DNA of 64,000 nt, taken from contig NC_043018.1 of NCBI RefSeq assembly GCF_006345805.1, positions 2,108,001-2,172,000 of the forward strand, in the 5' to 3' direction. Position numbers and translations under genes: made by a program. How positions within the stretch are numbered: position 1 is the stretch's first letter; each line of letters begins with the position of its first letter. This document shows, piece by piece, positions 26,588-40,760 of the stretch. The notes beneath the pieces were generated by a model, which was given only the letters and a program-made list of their open reading frames with translations, searched no databases and was not told where the DNA came from. The stretch comes from Octopus sinensis (Eukaryota).

Positions 26588-26929
26588 TGTGTGTATGTAT
26601 ATATACATATATATCTGTATATATATTTATATACATGTGCCCGCGCGTTTATGTGTGTATGTGTTTGTGTGTGTGGCTTCCTGGGTATATAATCCTGGCA
26701 GTTACCGTCTTAACTCTTCGATCGATTCTCAATGCTGGATAGCCATAGCGAATGTTCGAGATACCCAAGTTAGGGAAAATTTACTAAATTCGGTTATTAT
26801 CATCGCCTCAGGCGAAGCTCGATGTAGATAATTGTATAAGAAAATAATGGATGTGCGAAGCTCTGTTTTGCTGATGTTCATTAATTTCATATGTTCGTGG
26901 TTTTAAGGGCATTGCGAAACACCTGGTTA

Positions 26930-27050
26930 GAGACCCGACCTTTCGAGTTCTTTTAGAGGGCTTAGAAAAGCTGATAAACGCTGCAATAAGCGTGTGAATC
27001 TGAGAGGGGAATATGTTAAATAAAATTATAATTCATTGATCTTCTACATT
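26930..27050 (+). mobile_element. Mariner 3'-end fragment
   Basis: ttttagagggcttagaaaagctg...gtgtgaatctgagaggggaatatgttaaataa (LEGLEKL...LRGEYVK*), similar to the interior of the MITE at 9171-9387. Confidence 0.55.
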
Positions 27051-27147
27051 TTCCTTTACCCAAAGCCAGGCACTTTTCAGCATCCTCGTATATATATATA
27101 TATTTATATATATTATATATATATATATTATATATATATATATATAT

Positions 27148-27214
<67 letters not shown>

Positions 27215-27286
27215 TACATATATATATATACATATATAATATATATATAGATATATATATATATATATAATAGATATATATATATA

Positions 27287-27322
<36 letters not shown>

Positions 27323-27343
27323 CTATATATATATATATATAAT

Positions 27344-27398
<55 letters not shown>

Positions 27399-27428
27399 CA
27401 TATATAATATATATATATATATACATAC

Positions 27429-27463
<35 letters not shown>

Positions 27464-27505
27464 GTCTGTGTGTGTGTGTGTATGTATATATATATATATA
27501 TATAT

Positions 27506-27712
27506 ATAGTTAATCCAAACAAGAAAACACCAAAAAACACAACAGCGCGAGGATGTGGAACAAATAAAGTATTATTGGACGCTCAGGAAAGAAGGGAAGA
27601 AGGAGGGTTTAACGTTTCGAGCGGAGCTCTTCATCGGAAACATAGGAGAAGGAAAGATCCCGAGAAGAGAAGACAGAGGAAAAAAATCGCCAACGGTATT
27701 CACGAGGTCACA
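27506..27712 (-). mobile_element. Short Penelope-like non-autonomous repeat carrying a minimal hammerhead variant
   Basis: Paralogue of 7891-8095. The minus strand at 27641-27607 reads GTTT-CCGATGA-A-GAGC-TCC-GCTC-GAAACGTT-AAAC. Confidence 0.7.
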
Positions 27713-28875
27713 TTTTACACGAGAGGTGGTCGTGCAGGTACATGCATATATATATATAAACAGACACAAACGCAGACAAGCACACACATATGCCCTGGGA
27801 AGAACAGGTACAGACAATTTATTGCAATCGAATCCCTATTCTTTGCCTCTACTATTCGTGGTATAAACCAGTAATGAACCAAATCTAGTATTTTCTATTT
27901 GGTCTGCAAGTATTGTTAAATTTACTGGGGATAGATCGTGTATCTTTACAGCCAATGTCGATTTAATGTTGGGTGTTAGCATACCCAAGGGAACATACTG
28001 ACAAGACACAACTAATTTGAAAGTTCTGTGAAATTTGATCAGGCTGAAATCCGAACAATCAGTGAGGGAGTCATGGTGTGTTCTTAAGAAAGTTTGAGTA
28101 ACGCGTAGCTGGATCAGCCTCTTGCAAAATACATGGAACGTCAGCAGTTTCTGTGAAGACGCGTAAATTTGTGTTTTCGCTTCATGAACTAAGAACAAGT
28201 TTTCAATTCTAAGATTCAGAATTGCATTTAACTGAGTTATTAATGTTATATTTGTTTTGGTTTGGCTTAACGTAGAAAAATTCAGGTCACGCTCCGCAGG
28301 TCTTCATAACTAGCAGACGAGTGCTGGAGGAACATCCTCAATCTTCCTGCAGATGTTATATCATAGACATGACACTGGGCAGTATGTAAGTGGCCTGGCA
28401 GTTTGCCCTCATTTGTTCGAGGCGAATTTGGGCATCGTCAATTAACATCATCGAAAGAATGCTGCATGATAGAGGTAGAACATATAGATTTGTATTGATG
28501 TCAAGTTATATAGGAGAGCAATTTAAATTGAAACAGAAGATTATTCAATGTGTCAGTCGAGGACATATTGTTTATGAGACTTCAACTGGGTAGAGAGTTC
28601 ATAGTGACTACCATGCCTCGGTTGCCTCGGATACGTCAGAATATCTATCGATGGCACCTAACTGGAACTACAGTCTCTCTCTCTCTCTCTGTATGTATAT
28701 ATATATATATATATTATATATATTATATATATATATACGCTTATATGTATGTATGTATGTACGTATGTATGTAAGTATGTATGTATGTATGTATCTATCT
28801 ATCTATCTATATTTATATATATATACATACATATGTATATATATATATATATATATATAATTATAATATATATAT

Positions 28876-28911
<36 letters not shown>

Positions 28912-29099
28912 ATTATAAAAAGGGCTTAGTAAAATAAATTACTTTGCCACATACTGAACTCATTAGAAATAGTAGCCAAAAAAACTTTTTAAAACTATTT
29001 CTAATACTTAAAGAAAATCTCTCTCATATAGTGTTTGCTCAATTCAACTCACGAAAGTATGGGGGTAAAGACATTAAAAAATCAAATGCAAAGGTTATT

Positions 29100-29151
29100 T
29101 GAGAACGTACGTTTCTAGATTAGTCAACTCGACATTTCTATCATCAGCTCA
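29100..29151 (-). ncRNA. Type I hammerhead ribozyme, monomer 1 of the 558-bp array
   Basis: Minus strand: TGAG-CTGATGA-TAGA[aatGTCgagttGACtaa]TCTA-GAAAC-GTAC-GTT-CTCA. Stem I TGAG/CTCA, stem II TAGA/TCTA, helix III AC-GTAC-GT (palindrome), predicted cleavage after GUU between 29104 and 29103. Confidence 0.8.
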
Positions 29152-29658
29152 GAACTCCCTGGTTTGGATTTGAAAACACTGAAAGTGGGAGCATACCCTT
29201 TCGGCTTCTTATCGCTTCTGAAGATCTGCTCGAAACTAACAGTGCCAGCAAACCCAAAATATGCAAGCGAAGAAAATGCTCTCCCCTTTCCACCAGCGTG
29301 GGTTAAAATCGGTAAAACACTATGCTTTTTCGGTAAAATCCGAAGCATTAAATAGAGAGAGATGAATTATAATTTCAACAATTGAGGATAAAATTAATTA
29401 ATTATTAATCAATTTCACCAAGTATTCAGTATGCAAAGGGACCATTTAAGGCGAATTCAAATTATTACATTATATAAAAGGGCTTAGTAAAATAAATTAC
29501 TTTGCCACATACTGAACTCATTAGAAATAGTAGCCAAAAAAACTTTTTTAAAACTATTTCTAATACTTAAAGAAAATCTCTCTCATATAGTGTTTGCTCA
29601 ATTCAACTCACGAAAGTATGGGGGTAAAGACATTAAAAAATCAAATGCAAAGGTTATT

Positions 29659-29711
29659 TGAGAACGTACGTTTTTCAGATTAGTCAACTCGACATTTCTA
29701 TCATCAGCTCA
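29659..29711 (-). ncRNA. Hammerhead of monomer 2, with GAAA arm disrupted in this assembly
   Basis: Same fold, but the plus strand reads tttttcag instead of tttctag. This may be a true mutation or a homopolymer sequencing error. Confidence 0.5.
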
Positions 29712-30215
29712 GAACTCCTGGTGGATTTGAAAACACTGAAAGTGGGAGCATACCCTTTCGGCTTCTTATCGCTTCTGAAGATCTGCTCGAAACTAACAGT
29801 GCCAGCAAACCCAAAATATGCAAGCGAAGAATTCTGCTCTCCCCTTTCCACCAGCGTGGGTTAAAATCGGTAAAACACTATGCTTTTTCGGTAAAATCCG
29901 AAGCATTAAATAGAGAGAGATGAATTATAATTCAACAATTGAGGATAAAATTAATTAATTATTAATCAATTTCACCAAGTATTCAGTATGCAAAGGGACC
30001 ATTTAAGGCGAATTCAAATTATTACATTATATAAAAGGGCTTAGTAAAATAAATTACTTTGCCACATACTGAACTCATTAGAAATAGTAGCAAAAAAAAC
30101 TTTTTTAAAACTATTTCTAATACCTAAAGAAAATCTCTCTCATATAGTGTTTGCTCAATTCAACTCACGAAAGTATGGGGGTAAAGACATTAAAAAATCA
30201 AATGCAAAGGTTATT

Positions 30216-30267
30216 TGAGAACGTACGTTTCTAGATTAGTCAACTCGACATTTCTATCATCAGCTCA
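30216..30267 (-). ncRNA. Type I hammerhead ribozyme, monomer 3 of the 558-bp array
   Basis: Identical to the monomer-1 motif; the cleavage site lies 1116 bp (2 x 558) from that of monomer 1. Confidence 0.8.
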
Positions 30268-30622
30268 GAACTCCCTGGTTTGGATTTGAAAACACTGAAA
30301 GTGGGAGCATACCCTTTCGGCTTCTTATCGCTTCTGAAGATCTGCTCGAAACTAACAGTGCCAGCAAACCCAAAATGCAAGCGAAGAATTTCTGCTCTCT
30401 CCCTTTCCACAGCGTGGGTTAAAATCAGTAAACACTATGCTTTTTCGGTAAAATCCGAAGCATTAAATAGAGAGAGATGAATTATAATTTCAACAATTGA
30501 GGGTAAAATTAATTAATTATTAATCAATTTCACCAAGTATTCAGTATGCAAAGGGACCATTTAAGGCGAATTCAAATTATTACATTATATAAAAGGGCTT
30601 AGTAAAATAAATTACTTGTCAG

Positions 30623-30698
<76 letters not shown>

Positions 30699-30709
30699 AC
30701 TATATATAT

Positions 30710-30909
30710 TCTTTTACTTGTTTCATTCATTTGACTGCGGCCATGCTGCAGCACCGCATTTAGTCGAGCAAATCGACCCCAGGACTTATTGTTTGTAAGT
30801 CTAGTACTTATTCTATCGGTTTCTTTTACCGAACCGTTAAGTTACGGGGCCGTAAATATACCAGCGTCGCTTGACAAGCAATGTTGTGGGGACAAACACA
30901 CACACACAA

Positions 30910-30952
<43 letters not shown>

Positions 30953-31131
30953 CACACACATGTATACATATATACGACAGGCCTCTTTCAGTTCCCGTAT
31001 ACGAAATCCACTGATAAGGCTTTGATCAATCCGAGGAGATAGTAGAAAACACTTGGCGAAGGTGCCACGCAGGGGTCCTGAACACGGAACCATGTGGTTG
31101 GTAAGCAATATACTTACTACACAGCCACTCC
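30710..31131 (-). mobile_element. Family-B SINE, full length
   Basis: Reverse-complement match to family-B head, body and tail, with a central (CA)n tract. Confidence 0.85.
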
Positions 31132-31177
31132 ATATATATTATATATGTATTTATCTATCTATATATGTATCTAATAG

Positions 31178-31380
31178 TAATAAGGGTAAAATTAATTAAT
31201 TAGTAATTAATAATTTTACCAAGTAGTGTTCAGTATGTAAAGACCATTTACGGTATATTTAAAACATTAATTTATATAATTAGGGTTCAGCAGAAAAATT
31301 TACTTTACAACACACCGAACTTTTAGAAATAGCAGCCAAAGAATTTAGCTATTCCCTCTACCATAAGAAGAGTCTCCCAG
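31178..31380 (-). repeat. Diverged relic related to the junction region of the 558-bp monomer
   Basis: gggtaaaattaattaattagtaattaataattttaccaagtagtgttcagtatgtaaagaccattt...tttactttacaacacaccgaacttttagaaatagcagccaaa aligns by eye with gggtaaaattaattaattattaatcaatttcaccaagtattcagtatgcaaagggaccattt...attactttgccacatactgaactcattagaaatagtagccaaa. Confidence 0.7.
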
Positions 31381-31574
31381 ACAATGTATACTCAAAATCA
31401 AAAATACATGTATGTATATATATGTATCTATATAGGTATTATTATATATGTATGTATGTATCTAATTTTCTGTCTCTGTTTGTTTCTGAATACTTTATTT
31501 TTGAATTTTCTAGGTAACTTTATGTGGATATGAAAACTTATATATACATATATATGTATGTATAAGTATATATA

Positions 31575-32160
31575 ACTATATATAGGTATATAATTGAAGT
31601 TAATAAACACAGTTCTACAAATTCTTTCATATTTATGTAAATAGATGAGATTAGATGATAAAATGGATAATAGTTTTTTTATTATACATGTTGCTATACA
31701 AATTGTTACATACAGAAAGACAAGGTATTCATATTCGAAAATCAGAGTTATCAGACGTTATTCGTCGCTAGTTTATATAAAAATTAAAAAGACGTTGGAA
31801 TTACATAGTTATGGTGTTATTAATCATTTTGTAATGTGCTCTTGTTCTTGGAGTTATATCTATTTGAATAAGACATGACTCCAAGAACAAGAACAGATTG
31901 CAATATGATTAATTACACATTAGCTGTGTAATTCTAACGTCGTTTTAATTTCTATAAAAGCTACCGACGAGTAATGCCTTACGACTCAGGTTTTCTATTA
32001 TGAATATCTTGTCTTTCTGTACGAAACAATTTGTATAGAAACATGTGGAATAAAAAAAAACAACAAACTATTATCCATTTTAACATCTAATCTCATCCAT
32101 TTACATAAATAAGAAAGAATTTCTAGAAATATGTTTAAGTTCAATCATATACTCATATCT
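31575..32160. repeat. ~590-bp imperfect spacerless palindrome (foldback)
   Basis: Centre tatt-tg-aata at 31861-31870. Arms pair throughout, e.g. atgagattagatg / catctaatctcat, ctatacaaattgtt / aacaatttgtatag, cagaaagacaag / cttgtctttctg, cttgttcttggagt / actccaagaacaag. Confidence 0.9.
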
Positions 32161-32320
32161 ATACACACACATATATATATATACACACACACTATAGACA
32201 TAAATATACATGCAAGAATATGTGCCGTGTGTTTGCTCGTTACTTCTCTAGGCTTGTGTTCTCGTAGAAGTTTATAGTATGAAAATAAATAGCCAGGACA
32301 GAATAGTGTTTGTGCAATTG

Positions 32321-32352
<32 letters not shown>

Positions 32353-32672
32353 ATAATAATATATATAATATATATATTATATACAAGTGGATGAATGGCC
32401 TGTTTAGGCCATTCCTAAATTGTTATTTATACGTATTTAGTCTTTGACTATTTTCTCTTTTCCATTAGGCCGCTGTAGCGATAAATTTTTACTGAATTTT
32501 TTGCTACCCTAAATTGATTAATTGATAATTTTCTGACTAATTCTGAGATTGAATCGGCAGTTTATATTTGCTGCCGATAAGTTTGGCGCGAAGCGTTGGA
32601 CTTGAAAATTTTAAGACAGATATTCCGAGGCATTGATACAGTCGCCTCGTGTATATCCGTCTCTCCCAGGTT

Positions 32673-32772
32673 TCTTTTACTGATGAAGTGTGACATATGG
32701 TAGACTAGCTTAATTTATTTAATTAAGCTGGTCTATCATTAAAGACACTGAAACGATGCATCGTATAAAAGA
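32673..32772 (+). ncRNA. Type I hammerhead ribozyme with extended stem II, monomer 1 of the 470-bp array
   Basis: Stem I TCTTTTA/TAAAAGA (7 bp); core CTGATGA at 32680-32686; stem II AGTGT/ACACT capped by an 18-bp hairpin (32698-32738, two G-U pairs); GAAA; helix III ACGA-TGCA-TCGT (12-nt palindrome); cleavage triplet GTA, cut after 32765. Confidence 0.92.
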
Positions 32773-33142
32773 TGAATTAGGGTAAATGTTTAAATTTTCA
32801 CCTTATTCCGAATTACACTACTTGGCGGTTGGAGTTCTGGCTGCTCTTTCTGGTGGATGAATGGCCTGTTTAGGCCATTCCTAAATTGTTATATTTATAC
32901 ATATTTAGTCTTGGTGACTATTTTCTCTTTTCCATTAGGCGCTGGTAGCGATAAATTTTTACTGAATTTTTTGCTACCCTAAATTGATTAATTGATAATT
33001 TTCTGACTAATTCTGAGATTGAATCGGCAGTTTATATTGCTGCCGATAAGTTGGCGCGAATGCGTTGGACTTGAAAATTTTAAGACAGATATTCCCGAGG
33101 CATTGATACAGTCGCCTCGTGTATATCCTTCTCTCCCAGGTT

Positions 33143-33242
33143 TCTTTTACTGATGAAGTGTGACCTTGGTAGACTAGCTTAATTTAATTTAATTAAGCTG
33201 GTCTATCATTAAAGACACTGAAACGATGCATCGTATATAAGA
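33143..33242 (+). ncRNA. Type I hammerhead ribozyme, monomer 2 of the 470-bp array
   Basis: Same fold with an intact core and one mismatch in stem I (TATAAGA). Predicted cut after 33235, 470 nt downstream of the first. Confidence 0.9.
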
Positions 33243-33366
33243 TGAATTAGGGTAAATGTTTTTAATTTTCACCTTATTTCCGATTACACTACTTGCGGTT
33301 GGAGTTCTGGCTGCTCTTTCTTCTGTTGGATGAATGGCCTGTTTAGGCCATTCCTAAATTGTTATA

Positions 33367-33406
<40 letters not shown>

Positions 33407-33883
33407 TATATATATATAATATTATATATATATAGTTATATATAATATGTGGAGAAATAGATCGATAGATAGATAGACAGATACAGATATATGTATATAA
33501 ACACAACCATAGACACAAACGACTTCCACATACATTCACATTCACACACATATGCATCATAAATTATTTAGGAAAGCAAGAAAAAAAAACCACAACTTAA
33601 AATTATCAAAAGCCAACAAATACATTGATCACTCTAAACACAAATTGAATTAATATATTGTGATGATTCGTTAATTGAGTAAAGTTTATCAATACAAACA
33701 TCTAGCACTTTCTACCCTCTATCAATCAACACACTGGAAACACATGTAACTAGGTTGAACAACTTGATGAACAGCGCGCCATACAACGGCAACAACAACA
33801 AACAGCGGGAACAACAACTGCAACTAGAACAACGACAACCGCTACAAAAACAACCAAAAGAACGCCATCATTGCTATACGTTA

Positions 33884-33921
<38 letters not shown>

Positions 33922-34002
33922 ATCTATCTATCTTCTATCAATCTATCTATCTATCTATATAAACGTATACACTTATGTATATACATATATATATTATATA
34001 TG

Positions 34003-34074
<72 letters not shown>

Positions 34075-34472
34075 TGTGTGTTGTGTATAAATATATATCA
34101 GACACTGCACTGCCCTCTATCGGCCTAGAATATTCAGTACTACGTCAGGCCTTATATATTTAGCTCTTTGAACATTATAGTCAACTGTAAACTGTTACCC
34201 ATAATGCAGCATGGCGTGTTTTTGTATGTGAGTAAACAAGTGTTAGTATTTATGTGTGTTTGAGAAAGAGAAATGAAGAGTGTGCGTGTGTTTGCACGTG
34301 TGTGTCTCTATATAGAAGAATACATATGTCGACATATGTGTGTGTGTATGTATTCAGATACGTAGACATATTCGCCTATACTTATGTTCCTACATATACA
34401 CAATCACACACACAAACAAAAAAAAGCGTATATATATAGGTACGCATGTATACGTATTTATATGTATCTCAT

Positions 34473-34517
<45 letters not shown>

Positions 34518-34561
34518 CCTTATACACACACACTAAAATATATATGTGTGTACATACATAT

Positions 34562-34593
<32 letters not shown>

Positions 34594-35283
34594 GTATGTA
34601 CGTATATATATATATGTATATATGTGTATGGTTATATATATCTATATATTTGTATATATATATATTTGTATATATGTGTGAATGGGTTATTTTGTGTATA
34701 TAAATATAGCGTGCTTTATGAATTGTGTTTTATTTCTTTAATTAAATTAGGTATTCATCATCGATCTGTATACACAGACTGTTGTTCGCTAAACCACGTT
34801 TTAATAATTGATGAATGATAGAAAACGTGGAAGTACGAGACGAGGAGGCGAACGAAGATGTATAACAATAAGAGGGAAAAAACAAACTCAAAAACATAGG
34901 AAGAAACCAAAGCAATAGAAAAGAGGAAAAAAAAAAAACCCCAGCGTCATCGGAGTTGAAAAGCGAACAGAATATAAAAATAAACTATGGAAAGAATGCG
35001 GAAGTAATATGAAAGATTTTGATGAAAATATGATGAATCTATAAAAATATATTCTCTGTTGGGACTGCAACATTAATGTTTGGATCTGAGGTAAAATGAA
35101 ATAGTGCGACAGATATATATACATGGTGATACAAGTGTGTGTGTGTGTGTCTGTGCACACAGACATATATATATATAATATATATATATAAATTTATAAT
35201 ATATATATTATATTTATATATATATATATGTATATATATATATGTATTATATATACGTTATATATATATATATATATATAATA

Positions 35284-35321
<38 letters not shown>

Positions 35322-35585
35322 TTTATATTATATATAAATTATATATATATATATATATTATGTATATATATATATACGTTTATATATATAATGTATATAT
35401 ATTTTACGTTTTATATATATATACATATATATGTATATATATATATAATATATATATTATATATTGTATGTATGTATATATATATAATAAATTTTATATA
35501 TATATACATTTATATATATACATATATATGTATATATATATGTATATATATATATATGTATATATATGTATGTATATATATATAT

Positions 35586-35620
<35 letters not shown>

Positions 35621-35844
35621 ATCGATAGGTAGATAGAAGGATGGATAAGAATTGAGGCCTGGGTGGAGACATTGACGGAGGAGAAACTAACCGCGGTGAT
35701 GTAGGAGGTGGTGAGAGAATAATGGGAGAGAGGCATATCATCCGGTTAGATATAGCCATGTCGTTTTCTTATGATTCATACTCCTATCATTTACAATTGA
35801 ATATAAAATCGTCAGTATATATGTGATATATATATATATATATA

Positions 35845-35895
<51 letters not shown>

Positions 35896-36098
35896 AATAT
35901 ATATACGTATGTATGCATATTCGTATATAGATATATATATCTACACACGCATCCCAGATATCATTTATATAATGTATGTATGTATGTATGTATGCATATA
36001 TATAATATGTATATATAATATATGTATACATCCATATCTATCTAGCTATCTACCTTTCTACCTATATCTCTCTCTCTCTATTTATATATATATAAATA

Positions 36099-36151
<53 letters not shown>

Positions 36152-36174
36152 TACATACATATATATATAATTAT

Positions 36175-38830
<2,656 letters not shown>

Positions 38831-39471
38831 CATATATCTATTGACTTATTTTGTCTCTCCGTGTTTTGTCGCCTCTCTCCATTATGCTTCTCCAAACACA
38901 CGTTGCAGAGGAATCAAAGAGCTCTTCATGAAGAGTCGCAAACAAGTCACCTTTGATTTGCATCTTTATGAAAATTTCGGGGAAGGAAGAAATCTGAAGA
39001 ATATTGGATATTGTAATCGATAATGCCATCATGATTGAAAAAAAGCTTTGTTGTTCCATTCGTAGAACAATAACATTTTGCTTTCGTTCCCATAGGCTGC
39101 GCTAAAGCTGAGTAGAATGTTCATCAAGATGCCGTGTATGGATATATACATGTCTATATATTGATAAACGCGACAGATATTCAATTATATTCATTTATTT
39201 TTCTTTAATATTTATATTTATACATTTATATTTTCCTTATCGGTTCTCTTTGGTCTTTATACTCATCGTTCAATTTTTCTTGATTTTGCTTTTAGTGTGC
39301 AGTGCGCATATATTTTGAGATTCTTGCATATAAAATATAACGACGGGTAAAAAATTGTATATGATAAAAATAAAATATAGGGCTGTAGAAAGTTTTATAC
39401 GCTAACTATTCTTTCGCTCATCCTTTTCTCTAACATTGAAATATAGGAAGGGTATGGTCAGGATGAGGTGG

Positions 39472-39820
39472 TATTCAAGCCTTGGTGTTGGAGAAGACTT
39501 TTGTGGATTTCATGGGCAAGTTCTTGTGCAGATAAGGCCGAAAATGTCGCTAGAAGCTAGGATCACCAAGCGTAGATTGGCATATTTCGGTCATATTATG
39601 CGGAGAAAATCCCTGGAGAAGGACATCATACTCGGAATGGTCAGTGGCAAGAGAGGAATAGGCCGACCAAGAACCCGCTGGCTTGACACCATCAGGAGTG
39701 ATACCGGAATGGACATGGCCAATATGAAAGAAGCGGCCCAGGATAGAACTGACTGGAGGACACTGATCCAACGAGTGACCGAGAGTCGACTTCGACTGAG
39801 CGGATAGAGAGAGAGATGGG
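39472..39820 (+). mobile_element. RTE-clade (BovB-like) LINE 3' fragment, copy 2
   Basis: QIRPKMSLEARITKRRLAYFGHIMRRKSLEKDIILGMVSGKRGIGRPRTRWLDTIRSDTGMDMANMKEAAQDRTDWRTLIQRVTESRLRLSG*, then a (GA)n tail; highly similar to 18962-19335. Confidence 0.88.
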
Positions 39821-40301
39821 AGAAGTAACAGAAACTACATGTAACAGCAGTTGTCGTAAACGAATATATCACTGTTGCTCTTCGCCTCATCACTCTTGAA
39901 CGCGACACCAATTAAAGAACGAAGCACACATTCTAATTGACTTAGTTTTCTCTGCTAACTTCTTGGACGAGCTGCATGTGTCACCAGCCAACCTAGCGGA
40001 TATTTGTCACCTCTACCCATTATCCGATATATCGTTTCCGTGTTACGGTTATCAGAGTGCGGCTATGCTGCGGCACTACCTTGAAGAATTTTTAGTCGAA
40101 TGAATCGACCCCGACGCATTTTTTTGTTACGCTTGGTAATTCTTCTACTGACACCGTTTCTGAAACCTTGTTGGATGACTAACATAAACACAAGGATACA
40201 CACACACACACATACACACGTATAAACATTCACACACAAGCACATACACATTATGTCTCTTTCTTTCAAACCATGTACATTGTTTTCACTTCGTATAAAA
40301 G

Positions 40302-40760
40302 ATGGGCTACAGCAAATATTCTGCTCAATACCACAGAGACCTTAACCAGTTGAGCATGTCCCTTAGTGGCTGACGATATGTGCATCTCTGATCACGAGCA
40401 GAAGTAGTGGGGGAGCATCATAGCCATGTGTTAAGAGAAATTGTTTGCGGTTTGGAATATTCACCTTTGGAAACATGGGTGCTTTGTTCATCATCCTTAA
40501 ACAACCCTTATTCAAGGACCATTTGAGCGGAATGGGCTACTCAACATGAAGGAAATACTAACTGGGTTCCATCTGCAAAGTCATGCGTTGTTTCTATTAG
40601 ACCCTCATGGCGCGCACATATGGTTGTGACGCATGTGCTTGGTGTACCCTTATGAGATGGGTAGTCATGATGGGTATACTGAGCTCCGTATATTTTAAGC
40701 CAGAGTCACTTTGATAGCATGCGCTGCTCTCTCACTCAATAATGATGATAATAAGAGGAA
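40302..40760 (+). mobile_element. Family-D dispersed repeat with (AAT)n tail (SINE or LINE 3' end)
   Basis: Reverse complement of 45407-45812; ends gctctctcactc-aataat. Confidence 0.7.

Larger units (their letters stand above)
28916..30618 (-). repeat. Tandem array of three 558-bp monomers plus a ~30-bp partial fourth, retrozyme-like
   Basis: The aaaagggcttagtaaaataaattactt junction recurs with GGG at 28922, 29480, 30037 and 30595 (periods 558/557/558). The array is flanked by (TA)n on both sides and has one hammerhead per monomer on the minus strand. Confidence 0.9.
32387..33366 (+). repeat. Tandem array of two ~470-bp monomers plus a 40-bp partial third, retrozyme-like
   Basis: ggatgaatggcctgtttaggccattcctaaattgtta recurs at 32389, 32855 and 33328. 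The array is flanked by (TA)n and has one hammerhead per monomer. Confidence 0.9.

Noticed and set aside
28916-33366. Tandem arrays considered as CRISPR-like or as ordinary satellite DNA
   Set aside because: There are no unique spacers or cas genes and the context is eukaryotic. The one-ribozyme-per-monomer structure and low copy number fit retrozyme or Penelope-like repeats better than plain satellite.
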